Virus record (IMG/VR): IMGVR_UViG_3300032087_006210
Coordinates: 1 to 55,699 of that record
DNA length: 55,699 nucleotides
Reading direction: 5' to 3' (one strand)
DNA from: a virus
Lineage: Duplodnaviria; Caudoviricetes
Positions 29,602 through 37,734 of the stretch are shown one piece after another (positions within the stretch are counted from its first letter, which is position 1; each line of letters begins with the position of its first letter). The translations under genes and the position numbers were made by a program. Below the pieces are notes generated by a model. That model saw nothing but the letters and a program-made list of their open reading frames with translations, ran no database searches and had not been told where the DNA came from.

Positions 29602-29748
29602 ATGAAAGACATGAACAATACAGATAAGATGGAGCAGGGTTACGAGGAAGTTTGCACCGGATGCGGCGAGACAGTTTGCTTGTCAAAAGAAGAGCATGAT
29701 CAATGGGATCACGGATTCGACAACTTCATGTGCTGGGAGTGCGAATAA
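29602..29748 (+). CDS. 48-aa zinc-finger protein (not in ORF track)
   Basis: CTGC...CWEC; AAAGTTATG start after a hairpin leader. Confidence 0.7.
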   Translation: MKDMNNTDKMEQGYEEVCTGCGETVCLSKEEHDQWDHGFDNFMCWECE

Positions 29749-29805
29749 AAAAAGTTGAAAAAACTTGTTGACTTTCAAAAAAATTCTGATATACTGATCC
29801 CCGTT

Positions 29806-30072
29806 ATGAGAGATAAGAAACCATTTTTAAATGTTACCTTCAAAGTGGAGAAGAACCCAACCTACACCGGCAACCACTTCTCGGCCCGTGTTAACCGTGT
29901 CAAGGGCTGCACTTTCCCGCTTGGCACAACCGAGCAGGAAATGATCGACCAGTACCACAACCAAGTGGTGTTGGAGAAAGATATCGACGGCAACAAAGTT
30001 TTGGCTGGTGACATTCACCGCGTCGTTGAAATTGTCAACTGCTTTGAGGATCACGGCTACTTCAGCAAATAA
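29806..30072 (+). CDS. Early hypothetical protein
   Basis: TTGACT-16-TATACT-7-GTTATGAG start. Confidence 0.75.
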   Translation: MRDKKPFLNVTFKVEKNPTYTGNHFSARVNRVKGCTFPLGTTEQEMIDQYHNQVVLEKDIDGNKVLAGDIHRVVEIVNCFEDHGYFSK

Positions 30073-30125
30073 AAAAAAATTTCCTGTTGACTTTAACATC
30101 TGAATAGACAATAATTTTTCTGGTT

Positions 30126-30425
30126 ATGAGAACAAGAGACAATAACGAAACGGGCGGCTTCGAGCCGCATCAACGCAACCTCGGCGAAAAAGATTTCAGC
30201 AAGCGGCTGAACAATGAGGCCGAACGCTGCGAAGGAATGGCCAATATCAGCGCGGAAGACCTGCGCGGTATCAAGGAGGCTATCGCGGCGGGCTTCCAAA
30301 AGTTCATCCACAAAGACCGCAACATCTACGGCAAAAAAGTAGACCGTAGCCATATGCGCAACCCGTACAACGCGGGCAACTACAACTACGGCAGCAAAGA
30401 CCTGCCGAGCAACGGCACAATGTAA
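30126..30425 (+). CDS. Early hypothetical protein
   Basis: Own promoter, GTTATGAG start, hairpin after stop. Confidence 0.75.
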   Translation: MRTRDNNETGGFEPHQRNLGEKDFSKRLNNEAERCEGMANISAEDLRGIKEAIAAGFQKFIHKDRNIYGKKVDRSHMRNPYNAGNYNYGSKDLPSNGTM

Positions 30426-30491
30426 TCCTTGACGGGGTGCGCGCAAGCGCACCCCGTACTTGACAAACGAAATGCGAACATCTACAATGCC

Positions 30492-30719
30492 ATGAAGAAG
30501 CGAACGAAGAGCGAAGTCTTTAACGATTTTATCCAAGGAGAACCGGATATGCAGTTGAGAGAAAAATATTATATACAATGCTTTGACAAAAAAGTATTTG
30601 AAAAAGTGTCGGATGCACAAAAGCATGTTAAGAATCAGCAAAAGTATTACAAGACCAAGTCACGTATCTACCAATGCAAAATCTGTGGAAACTACCACAT
30701 CACAACAAAATTCAAATAA
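30492..30719 (+). CDS. Small zinc-finger protein
   Basis: YQCKICGNYHIT; TTGACA-17-TACAAT just upstream. Confidence 0.7.
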   Translation: MKKRTKSEVFNDFIQGEPDMQLREKYYIQCFDKKVFEKVSDAQKHVKNQQKYYKTKSRIYQCKICGNYHITTKFK

Positions 30720-30907
30720 TGAACCAAATAAACGTAAAGCCCGACCTAAAGGCAATTGAGCAAAAGATAAGAGAATTTAATCAACGATTCGACCCGCCCC
30801 GCGCAGAAAAAAAAGTTGAAAAAAAGTTATCAAAAGGGTTGACTCTGCGCTCAATATGGAATAAGCTTTTCTCAGCGGTTCGGAAGAACCCAAACACAAA
30901 AAAAGTT

Positions 30908-31123
30908 ATGATGACAACTGAACAAATCCTAAAGGAAATAGAGAGCGTACCACGCCACCACATCACCTACACTCGGCAGGATGGCCGCACCAACGAATAC
31001 ACGGTAGCCATCACCGAGCGTCACGCCGACCACATTATCGGCTACAAGTTCCAGAACGGCGAAAGCTGCGGCATTCGTCGATTCAACATCGACCAAATCG
31101 GTATCCTTGAGCCGGTCAGTTAG
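30908..31123 (+). CDS. Stand-alone WYL-like domain protein
   Basis: ITYTRQDG...IGY...IRRFNIDQI; own promoter TTGACT-17-TAAGCT; frame also open from 30719. Confidence 0.6.
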   Translation: MMTTEQILKEIESVPRHHITYTRQDGRTNEYTVAITERHADHIIGYKFQNGESCGIRRFNIDQIGILEPVS

Positions 31124-31335
31124 TGTAGACACCATGTGCATCTGGCGGGGCAGATGTAAAGCTAACCCCGACAATTTTGAGTCGGCGGAGTTAAATACCC
31201 CTGCGAGTTTTTATAGGCAGCTCGCGCCCGTTTTACTGCTGGTGGTGCGGCAGCGACTCAATAATCTGTGGACCCGTGTGTGCGTTGTCTACCTCATAAC
31301 AGTAAAACACCCCGCGAAAGCGGGGTGTTTTTTTT
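31124..31335 (+). ncRNA. Putative structured RNA ending in CCTCATAAC plus terminator
   Basis: Nested stems GTAGACA/TGTCTAC, TGCATCTG/CAGATGTA, TTGAGTCG/CGACTCAA, GCGAG/CTCGC; no credible ORF. Confidence 0.55.
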
Positions 31336-31356
31336 GAAAAAAAGTGAAGAAAAAGC

Positions 31357-31403
31357 TTGACGTCTAACGGCCGGCGGCCTTGCGCCCAAACGTTAGATGT
31401 CAA
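31357..31403. repeat. 47-bp dyad element copy 1
   Basis: TTGACGTCTAACG-GCCGGCGGCCTTGCGCCCAAA-CGTTAGATGTCAA. Confidence 0.95.
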
Positions 31404-31485
31404 CAAGAAAAATAAAAAAAGTTTTTTTATTTTTTTTAAAAAAAGGGTTGCAATTTTCTGTGGCTGTGCTATACTGTCTCCAGTT

Positions 31486-31629
31486 ATGAGAGATATGATT
31501 AAAAATGCTGAGTTTGCAAACTGGATACGCCAAGCGCAAAAAAAGGAATGGGAAATGATTCCCGAAGCCGAACGCCCCACATGGGAGCAGTTCAAACGCG
31601 GCTTAAAAAAGAAAAAAAATTCAAATTAA
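31486..31629 (+). CDS. Early hypothetical protein (47 aa)
   Basis: TTGCAA-16-TATACT-7-GTTATGAG. Confidence 0.65.
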   Translation: MRDMIKNAEFANWIRQAQKKEWEMIPEAERPTWEQFKRGLKKKKNSN

Positions 31630-31670
31630 CGCTTGCTTTTTTCTGAGAGTCTGATATACTTTTTTTCGTT

Positions 31671-31868
31671 ATGAGAGATATGTTTGATAATATGTACACG
31701 GTTCGGATTGCCAACTCTGGTGATGTTGCTGGTTTCGCACGTTCTCACGATGGTCTTGAAAAGGCCATCACGTTGGCCGCGCGGGAGGATACTGAGGTGA
31801 CCTTCGGCGGCGAGGTCGTTTGGCCGAATATACATTCTGCCACCATAAAGAATGGAGGTGCCAAATGA
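31671..31868 (+). CDS. Early protein, paralogue of 35492 gene
   Basis: Own promoter, GTTATGAG; FARSHDGLEKAITLA motif. Confidence 0.7.
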   Translation: MRDMFDNMYTVRIANSGDVAGFARSHDGLEKAITLAAREDTEVTFGGEVVWPNIHSATIKNGGAK

Positions 31869-32329
31869 TGTCGGCCAAATTAACAATGACCGGCAGCGAC
31901 GGATCGCGTTGCGTGGTGGACTTCGGTCTCGAAATGAGAGACCGTCCTTCCATCGATTGGCGCACACTTGAAAACGTTGAGTCAGCTTATACGTTCAGCG
32001 CGTCCGGTGAAATCTCAAATGATTCGTTTGGGCAAAATCTCGATGAAATGTATCGATTGAATGGTGATAACTATCTTTTTCGCCGTATATACAAATACTG
32101 GAAAAAATATCATCTAAATGATCTTCAAGCTGGCACTCAACAGCAAGCGGAAATTTTAAAAAAATGTCCATCAACAGATTACGATGATCGATGTGAATTT
32201 TTGAAAAAAAATGATCTGTATGTTGATCGCGGTTATACGTACGGCACAAAGTGGTTGACTCAAGTCATTCCCGACAATATAGTCAGCGAGATAAAAAAAT
32301 TGATAATTGAAGTGCGCGGCTGGAGTTAA
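31865..32329 (+). CDS. Phage hypothetical protein
   Basis: GGAGG SD, ATGA overlap; WKKYHLNDLQAGT...GYTYGTKWL. Confidence 0.7.
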   Translation: MMSAKLTMTGSDGSRCVVDFGLEMRDRPSIDWRTLENVESAYTFSASGEISNDSFGQNLDEMYRLNGDNYLFRRIYKYWKKYHLNDLQAGTQQQAEILKKCPSTDYDDRCEFLKKNDLYVDRGYTYGTKWLTQVIPDNIVSEIKKLIIEVRGWS

Positions 32330-32330
32330 A

Positions 32331-32540
32331 ATGAAAAAAATAATCTGTTTAGTTGGTGCGATCTGTTTAACAGGTTGCGTGGTTACCGAGAAGGAAATTG
32401 TGCATCGTAAAATATCGTTTGCCGATACTAACAGCGTCACAACGGTATATTATCCTCCGTCATGGGATAAGTTTGTCAAAGCTCCCGATGATGGCACGCC
32501 CAAAACTATGCTTGTGCGATTTGGTCAGGCGCTAGAATAA
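32331..32540 (+). CDS. Lipoprotein
   Basis: MKKIICLVGAICLTGC lipobox; terminator follows. Confidence 0.65.
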   Translation: MKKIICLVGAICLTGCVVTEKEIVHRKISFADTNSVTTVYYPPSWDKFVKAPDDGTPKTMLVRFGQALE

Positions 32541-32566
32541 AAAACGCACAAAGTGCGTTTTTTTTG

Positions 32567-32613
32567 TTGACGTCTAACGGCCGGCGGGCCGGCCGCGAAA
32601 CGTTAGATGTCAA
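32567..32613. repeat. 47-bp dyad element copy 2
   Basis: TTGACGTCTAACG-GCCGGCGGGCCGGCCGCGAAA-CGTTAGATGTCAA. Confidence 0.95.
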
Positions 32614-32704
32614 GCCTAAAATGCAAAAAATTTAAAAAAGTTTTTTTAAAAAAGTGAAAAAAGTGCTTGCAATTTTCTGAAGCTGTGATATACTGTTTTT
32701 CGTT

Positions 32705-32866
32705 ATGAGGGAAATCGACATCAAAATCCAAAAACTGGAAAAGGAAATCATGTTCGGCAAGTGGCTGGCCTTTGACCCGATCAAAGACCACCAGCTAAAA
32801 GTTCGTAAGTTTAACATCGAGAAGCGGAAGCTTCTCGATGCCGAAGCTCAAAAAAATAAAAAATAA
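32705..32866 (+). CDS. Early hypothetical protein (53 aa, not in ORF track)
   Basis: TTGCAA...TATACT-7-GTTATGAG; MREIDIKIQKLEKE... Confidence 0.65.
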   Translation: MREIDIKIQKLEKEIMFGKWLAFDPIKDHQLKVRKFNIEKRKLLDAEAQKNKK

Positions 32867-32908
32867 TTGTTGACTTTGAGCGCAAACTGTGATTTAATAA
32901 ACGGAGTT

Positions 32909-33148
32909 ATGAGGACGTACACGTTATACTGGAAGGACGAAGACACCAATAGGGTGCGCAGCGAAGAATTCTCCAACAAGACCGGTTGGGATCACTCTGC
33001 GATGAACGCGGCAATGGAGATGGCCGAAGAGGCCGACAAGAATGGGTTTCCGTGGGTGCTGGAAGAGGACGGTTGCCAAGTTGCCCACGGCAACAACGGC
33101 GACCTGCTCGGAGTCTATCGCTACCAAGGATTTCCCAAATTTGGCTAA
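32909..33148 (+). CDS. Early hypothetical protein
   Basis: TTGACT-17-TTTAAT-7-GTTATGAG. Confidence 0.7.
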   Translation: MRTYTLYWKDEDTNRVRSEEFSNKTGWDHSAMNAAMEMAEEADKNGFPWVLEEDGCQVAHGNNGDLLGVYRYQGFPKFG

Positions 33149-33195
33149 AAATAATTGTTGACTTTACCGAAAAACCTGATAAACTAATTTTTGTT

Positions 33196-33417
33196 ATGAG
33201 AGAAATCATGAACATATTCTATCGGCCCGAAATCCACAACGGGGTTATCAACAAGAACAACGACCTGCACAGCTATCGGATTGAGTTGGACGAATCTTTC
33301 GAGAATCGTTCAAACAACGAAAAGTTCGCTGGCATCGGCGGCACTTGCACCGAGACTGGCAAATACAAGCGGTTCCGCATGGATAGGTTGGAAGGTATGT
33401 TCCCCGTCGAAAACTAA
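33196..33417 (+). CDS. Second WYL-like small protein
   Basis: IFYRP...GTCTETGKYKRFRMDRLEG; own promoter and GTTATGAG. Confidence 0.55.
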   Translation: MREIMNIFYRPEIHNGVINKNNDLHSYRIELDESFENRSNNEKFAGIGGTCTETGKYKRFRMDRLEGMFPVEN

Positions 33418-33428
33418 AAATCAATAAA

Positions 33429-33908
33429 ATGAAAAAAATTCTTTTAAGCAAAAGTTTTAGAATCTTTTACTGGATCTGCTTGGCCATTGTTACCGTCTCT
33501 GCTTATGGAAACACGCACAAAAATCATCAACTCACTAGAGAGCAAAAAATTGTCGCCATTACCATTTTGGCGGAGGCCAGAGGGGAAGGGGAAGCGGGAA
33601 TGTATGCTGTTGGTGCTTGCATCGCTCAGAGAGCATTTGAAAGAAAACAAACCCCATCGGAGGTCTGTCTTAAAAAATGGCAGTTCAGTTGTTGGAACGG
33701 TAAAACCGTCAAAGACCTTGAGCATCTGTTGAAAGTACCGCAAGCCAAGTATGCAATTACCGTGGCCAAAAATGTCAAACATCTGTCGCGTGATTTCATC
33801 GGCTTCGCTAATCATTACCACGCAACATGGATGAAAAAGAAACCGTATTGGGCAAAAGGTCAAAAGCCTGTCAAAGTAATTGGACAACACGCATTTTACA
33901 AGCTATGA
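33429..33908 (+). CDS. Cell wall hydrolase, SleB/Hydrolase_2 family
   Basis: TILAEARGEG..GMYAV, QFSCWN, ANHYH, PYWA, IGQHAFY. Confidence 0.9.
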   Translation: MKKILLSKSFRIFYWICLAIVTVSAYGNTHKNHQLTREQKIVAITILAEARGEGEAGMYAVGACIAQRAFERKQTPSEVCLKKWQFSCWNGKTVKDLEHLLKVPQAKYAITVAKNVKHLSRDFIGFANHYHATWMKKKPYWAKGQKPVKVIGQHAFYKL

Positions 33909-34012
33909 AATCAATTAAGATAAACTGGAGTTTAGTTGACAAAAAAATTGAAATTGATATAGTCAAGGCACGCTTAAATCGTAACCGTAAATTAAAAAAG
34001 ATATTCAAATGA
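33905..34012 (+). CDS. Small basic protein
   Basis: ATGA-coupled on both sides. Confidence 0.4.
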   Translation: MKSIKINWSLVDKKIEIDIVKARLNRNRKLKKIFK

Positions 34013-34167
34013 AAAAACCATTGCCCGAACTGAACAGCGACGAAAAACTAATGCTGCGTTGTTACTTGAAAAAAATTATTCAGATTGGCGGCTTGTCCAA
34101 TCGCCTCGTCAAAATCATGGAATCGACTGACACAAAAACTCTGCAAAAAATTTCTTGTCCATCATAA
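34009..34167 (+). CDS. Small hypothetical protein (52 aa, not in ORF track)
   Basis: MKKPLPELNSDEKLMLRCYL... Confidence 0.45.
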   Translation: MKKPLPELNSDEKLMLRCYLKKIIQIGGLSNRLVKIMESTDTKTLQKISCPS

Positions 34168-34210
34168 CCTCATAACACTAAACACCCCGCTTCGGCGGGG
34201 TGTTTTTTTT
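34168..34210 (+). terminator. CCTCATAAC plus terminator
   Basis: CCTCATAAC-ACT-AAACACCCCGC-TTCG-GCGGGGTGTTTTTTTT. Confidence 0.85.
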
Positions 34211-34222
34211 CTAAAAAAAGTC

Positions 34223-34269
34223 TTGACGTCTAACGGTCGGCGGCGCCCCCGCGAAGCGTTAGATGTCAA
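34223..34269. repeat. 47-bp dyad element copy 3
   Basis: TTGACGTCTAACG-GTCGGCGGCGCCCCCGCGAAG-CGTTAGATGTCAA. Confidence 0.95.
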
Positions 34270-34352
34270 GCAAAAAAATAAAAAAAGTTTTTTTATTTTT
34301 TTTGGTATTAAGGGGTTGACATTCTCTGAGTTTGTGGTATTCTGATTCCGTT

Positions 34353-34508
34353 ATGAGGTTAGATCAACAGATCGCAGAGTTGGCCCAAGTTTCACTTGAG
34401 GAGGTTTTTCACAATGATCCCCACGCTCGCGCTGAATACGAGGCGCAGTGTGACATCTGGCGCGACGAAGCTATCGCCGCGCAGGATGAGGAGGTGTCCA
34501 ATGGGTAG
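34353..34508 (+). CDS. Early acidic protein (51 aa, not in ORF track)
   Basis: TTGACA-16-TATTCT-6-GTTATGAG; MRLDQQIAELAQVSLEEVF... Confidence 0.65.
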   Translation: MRLDQQIAELAQVSLEEVFHNDPHARAEYEAQCDIWRDEAIAAQDEEVSNG

Positions 34509-34719
34509 CCCGTTTGCCGATATCGATTGGGCGGACTATATGTCCACCTTTCCCACGGGCGACGCGCCCGCCAAGCGCAAGCCAGATCCGGCTTTTCCTG
34601 TGGCCGTGCGCCGTGCCGCTATGATGCTTTGGCTGAATGAATTCAAGCCCACCAAAAGCCCAAAAAAATTGGCTGAATTGGAAAAATTTTCTTTACTTGT
34701 TGAAAAATTTGTGCGATAA
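34501..34719 (+). CDS. Early hypothetical protein
   Basis: GAGGAGG SD then MGSPFADIDW. Confidence 0.55.
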   Translation: MGSPFADIDWADYMSTFPTGDAPAKRKPDPAFPVAVRRAAMMLWLNEFKPTKSPKKLAELEKFSLLVEKFVR

Positions 34720-34730
34720 TCTTTTTTGTT

Positions 34731-35072
34731 ATGAGAGAAATGAAAACCTATAAGTTCAAGCAGACCGACATGACACCGGAAGGTTTGCAGATAATCGAGG
34801 ACGGTCATGAGTTTTATTATGACCCCGAGGTCGAGCACGAGGATGATGTCAGTAAGATCTGGCACGACATCCATTGTGCTGTCACCACCAAGCGCGTGTT
34901 CCATCTCGACTGGTCGCCGTACTCCAAACCCTCCAGCATCGAACTGGAAATGTGGTTCTCGCTCGGCTGTCCTAATCGTTGGACTATCAACGACGGCAAA
35001 AGCGTCGGCAGCCTGACTAGGAAGCGGCTGCTCGAGGCGATGGGCCGCAACCTCAGTATCGAAGGATACTGA
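34731..35072 (+). CDS. Early hypothetical protein
   Basis: GTTATGAG start; EHEDDVSKIWH. Confidence 0.7.
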   Translation: MREMKTYKFKQTDMTPEGLQIIEDGHEFYYDPEVEHEDDVSKIWHDIHCAVTTKRVFHLDWSPYSKPSSIELEMWFSLGCPNRWTINDGKSVGSLTRKRLLEAMGRNLSIEGY

Positions 35073-35078
35073 GGTACG

Positions 35079-35152
35079 CGCGGGGTAGCCAAGTGGTAAG
35101 GCGGGAGTCTGCAAAACTCTTATCGGCGGTTCGATTCCGCCCCTCGCGTCCA
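35079..35152 (+). tRNA. tRNA-Cys(GCA)
   Basis: Cloverleaf: CGCGGGG/CCTCGCG acceptor, GGAGT-CTGCAAA-ACTCT anticodon arm, TTCGATT T-loop, U73 and encoded CCA. Confidence 0.95.
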
Positions 35153-35172
35153 AATTTTTTTTAAAAAAAGTC

Positions 35173-35219
35173 TTGACATCTAACGCTGGGCGGGCACGCC
35201 GCGAACGGTTAGAAGTCAA
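35173..35219. repeat. 47-bp dyad element copy 4
   Basis: TTGACATCTAACG-CTGGGCGGGCACGCCGCGAAC-GGTTAGAAGTCAA. Confidence 0.95.
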
Positions 35220-35301
35220 ACAAAAAACAAAAAATAAAAATAAATTTTTTTTCATTTTAGGGGTTGACTTATCTGAAAAATGCTGTATACTGATTTCTGT
35301 T

Positions 35302-35457
35302 ATGAGAGATAATGTTACTTGTGAGGAGGTTTTTGAGTTGCACGCGGATTCATGGGTTGCGGACGTTACTGTCCCGAACGGCTTCGACGATGTCGAGGCC
35401 GAGGCCGATGATCGGTGCTGGTGCAAGTTTTTTGAGTCATGCTCTGAATGCGCTTGA
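35302..35457 (+). CDS. Small acidic Cys-rich early protein
   Basis: TTGACT...TATACT-7-GTTATGAG; CWC...CSEC. Confidence 0.65.
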   Translation: MRDNVTCEEVFELHADSWVADVTVPNGFDDVEAEADDRCWCKFFESCSECA

Positions 35458-35491
35458 CTTTTTTTTAAATTTTGATATACTGTTTTTTGTT

Positions 35492-35707
35492 ATGAGGATT
35501 CATGCCAAATACTTTGTTGAGGTCAAGTCCGCCACCGGTCGGCTTGAGTTTGTCCATTGGTTCGCTCCGAGCCACGAGGGTCTTGAGGCTGCGATCACTT
35601 GCGCCCGTGAGGCCAAGTCCGCCGTCAAGTGCAAGGTCGCCCCGTGCGACCTGTCCAACTCTCCGTACGATTGGGAAATCGTATGGGAAGATCCCGAAAA
35701 AAATTAA
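35492..35707 (+). CDS. Early protein, paralogue of 31671 gene
   Basis: Own promoter, GTTATGAG; FAPSHEGLEAAITCA. Confidence 0.7.
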   Translation: MRIHAKYFVEVKSATGRLEFVHWFAPSHEGLEAAITCAREAKSAVKCKVAPCDLSNSPYDWEIVWEDPEKN

Positions 35708-35716
35708 TTTTTTTCG

Positions 35717-35763
35717 TTGACATCTAACGGCCGGCGGGGTCGCCGTGACAGATTAGATGTTTT
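35717..35763. repeat. 47-bp dyad element copy 5 (degenerate right arm)
   Basis: TTGACATCTAACG-GCCGGCGGGGTCGCCGTGACA-GATTAGATGTTTT. Confidence 0.9.
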
Positions 35764-35894
35764 TTTATAATTGCCTGATTATCAACATATTACAAAAGTA
35801 TAATTTATATATTTCAGGTTATTTAGTATTTATGTATTTACTATTTACTATTTCAGAGATTACTATTTGCAATAAAATAATTTATAGATAAAAT

Positions 35895-35924
35895 AAAAAA
35901 CCCCTCCCTTGCGGGAGGGGTTTT
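35895..35924. terminator. Terminator, minus strand or bidirectional
   Basis: AAAAAACCCCTCCC-TTGC-GGGAGGGGTTTT. Confidence 0.85.
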
Positions 35925-36080
35925 ATCGAACTATCCCCAATGCTAACCAGCGGAAACCTAAATGAAATACATCATGTATATAATAACAATGGTAACTTGT
36001 AACGCTCACACCGGAGCCCGACACCTCCCGCCCCAGATGGCTAGCAGATTCTGGGACGGGAGTGGGTTGTTGGCTGCGGC

Positions 36081-36314
36081 TTAGTTGCCGTTGGCCATAC
36101 GGGTCACGGTAGCCTTGTGGCCACGGTACTCGTAATCGGTCAGCTTGAACTGGCGACGAACAGCAGACTTGCTCTTGCCGGAGCGGATCGCGGCGCGAAT
36201 GTTGTTGCTGCGGTCGTTGCCTGTAGCAGTCGCACGGCGAGACGTCGGAGTCTCGGTCAATGCGTCAACTACTGCGCTGACGATTTTGGTAAGTTGGGAT
36301 TCAGTCAATTTCAA
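36081..36314 (-). CDS. Small basic HTH-like protein
   Basis: AAAGGA SD, TTG start, promoter TTGACA-17-CAAACT; IRAAIRSGKSKSAVRRQFKL. Confidence 0.65.
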   Translation of the reverse strand: MKLTESQLTKIVSAVVDALTETPTSRRATATGNDRSNNIRAAIRSGKSKSAVRRQFKLTDYEYRGHKATVTRMANGN

Positions 36315-36439
36315 TTGAATATTCCTTTCATTACATGGTTAGCATCAGGGCCACTTGGCCAGCACGCGAATGCTCCGTTATGCATCCCGCACTCCAAAAA
36401 GTTTGCACTAGTGTCTTCATGATGTCAACGATTAATCCA

Positions 36440-36538
36440 AACTTTTTTTGTGTTTTTCTTTCCGGGTGTACTTCGTTTTATCCCGGTGCACCACTGCAGG
36501 TGGCGCACTAAGTTTACGTATCTTCTTCCATATGTCAA
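36440..36538 (-). ncRNA. Promoter plus putative small two-hairpin RNA
   Basis: TTGACA-16-TAAACT then GCGCCAC/GTGGTGC and CCGGG/CCCGG stems; no ORF. Confidence 0.4.
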
Positions 36539-36656
36539 CAAGTTTTTTCAATTTAATTTTTTGATTTAATGTGTAGCATAATAGCAAACAATAAACCCCC
36601 CAATAATATAACTGCTAAATACACGGCCTGAAATATACTCGGTTGCTCGGTTCATG

Positions 36657-37598
36657 TCAAGCGTAACCTCCGCCGTGATGGGCCTTGATCGCACCGACTT
36701 GAGCCGGTGTGCATTTGTACATATCGCACAACTCATCACGGGTAAAACGAAAATATTTTAAATCTGAGGCAAGCTGAGATTTTTTCGAGTCGCTCAACGG
36801 CGCAGATTTTGGAGATTTTGGAGTGGCGCGGTTGATGCGCGAACGAATAGGATTGCAAACCTTCAAAACATCAGCACAATTGCTGAAGCCGATCATCATC
36901 ATCGGATGCTTTTGCGCTTGATACTCGACCGACATGATGCACTTGACCTTATTGCCCGTGCGTTCGTTAATGTAATCGACGACCACATCTGTGATGTGGT
37001 CGGCCATGATGCCGCCGCGCTCCTCAATCCTAGAATCAACAGCAGAAATAATTTCATCTGGCATACAAGACTTGGCAATGACGCAAGCGTCAAACGTGGC
37101 AAACACCAAACTATTATGGACAAAATTTTTGGGGTCAGTCACAATGTCCAAATTGGATTGACTCGGAACGCCCGTGAAATCATACCAAGCAGCAAAATTA
37201 TTTTTTGCGTGTTGGTTGCTGGGAATGTCACTCAAATGATATTCGCCGCTGAAATTAGGATAAAGATCGTTATCGTTACGCATAAAAGCGCGTGTCCCCG
37301 TTTGGGCGCAATATGTGGATTCGTCATTCTCAAAGCAATGCAAATTAATTTGGCCAGAATGCTTAACACCAAACATTGTGCTGATCTCGGACATTTGCAA
37401 ACTTCTAGCAGCAACAAAAGATTCAAAGTCCCAAAGTGTGGCTGGCAAACTGTAAACCGTGCCAACCTTCGCGGTGTATTTAGTGCCTTGCCTAGTCTTA
37501 ACAAAATTTTGCAAGCTATCTAGCCAAATGCTAAATGCTTTCATAACCCACACGCGCTGCTTGGCCTTTTCCTCGTTGACGCAAAGTGTCGTTTCCAT
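36657..37598 (-). CDS. Hypothetical protein, SAM-methyltransferase-like core with C-terminal HTH
   Basis: YSLP..., HCFEND, AAWYDFTG, VFATF pattern; leaderless ATG after TTGACT-16-TAAGAT. Confidence 0.45.
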   Translation of the reverse strand: METTLCVNEEKAKQRVWVMKAFSIWLDSLQNFVKTRQGTKYTAKVGTVYSLPATLWDFESFVAARSLQMSEISTMFGVKHSGQINLHCFENDESTYCAQTGTRAFMRNDNDLYPNFSGEYHLSDIPSNQHAKNNFAAWYDFTGVPSQSNLDIVTDPKNFVHNSLVFATFDACVIAKSCMPDEIISAVDSRIEERGGIMADHITDVVVDYINERTGNKVKCIMSVEYQAQKHPMMMIGFSNCADVLKVCNPIRSRINRATPKSPKSAPLSDSKKSQLASDLKYFRFTRDELCDMYKCTPAQVGAIKAHHGGGYA

Positions 37599-37687
37599 GC
37601 ACAAAATCTTACTACATAGACAGATAGAGTCAACCGTCTTTTTAAAAAAAATTTTAAAAAAAACTTACCGAAGGGAAGTTTTTTTGC

Positions 37688-37734
37688 TTGACATCTAACG
37701 GCCGGCGGGCCGGCCGCGAAACGTTAGAAGTCAA
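37688..37734. repeat. 47-bp dyad element copy 6
   Basis: TTGACATCTAACG-GCCGGCGGGCCGGCCGCGAAA-CGTTAGAAGTCAA. Confidence 0.95.

Noticed and set aside
31124-31300. tmRNA, RNase P RNA or hammerhead ribozyme
   Set aside because: No tRNA-like end with CCA, no GAGGAAAGTCC and no CTGATGA core seen.
31357-31403. TTGAC(A/G) in the repeat arms as promoter -35 boxes
   Set aside because: The position 16-18 nt downstream is GC-rich with no -10 box on either strand.
34536-35426. 296-aa minus-strand ORF and other long shadow ORFs (30093, 33444, 36906, 40199)
   Set aside because: They lie antisense to better-supported genes, the tRNA or repeats and have no recognisable motifs.
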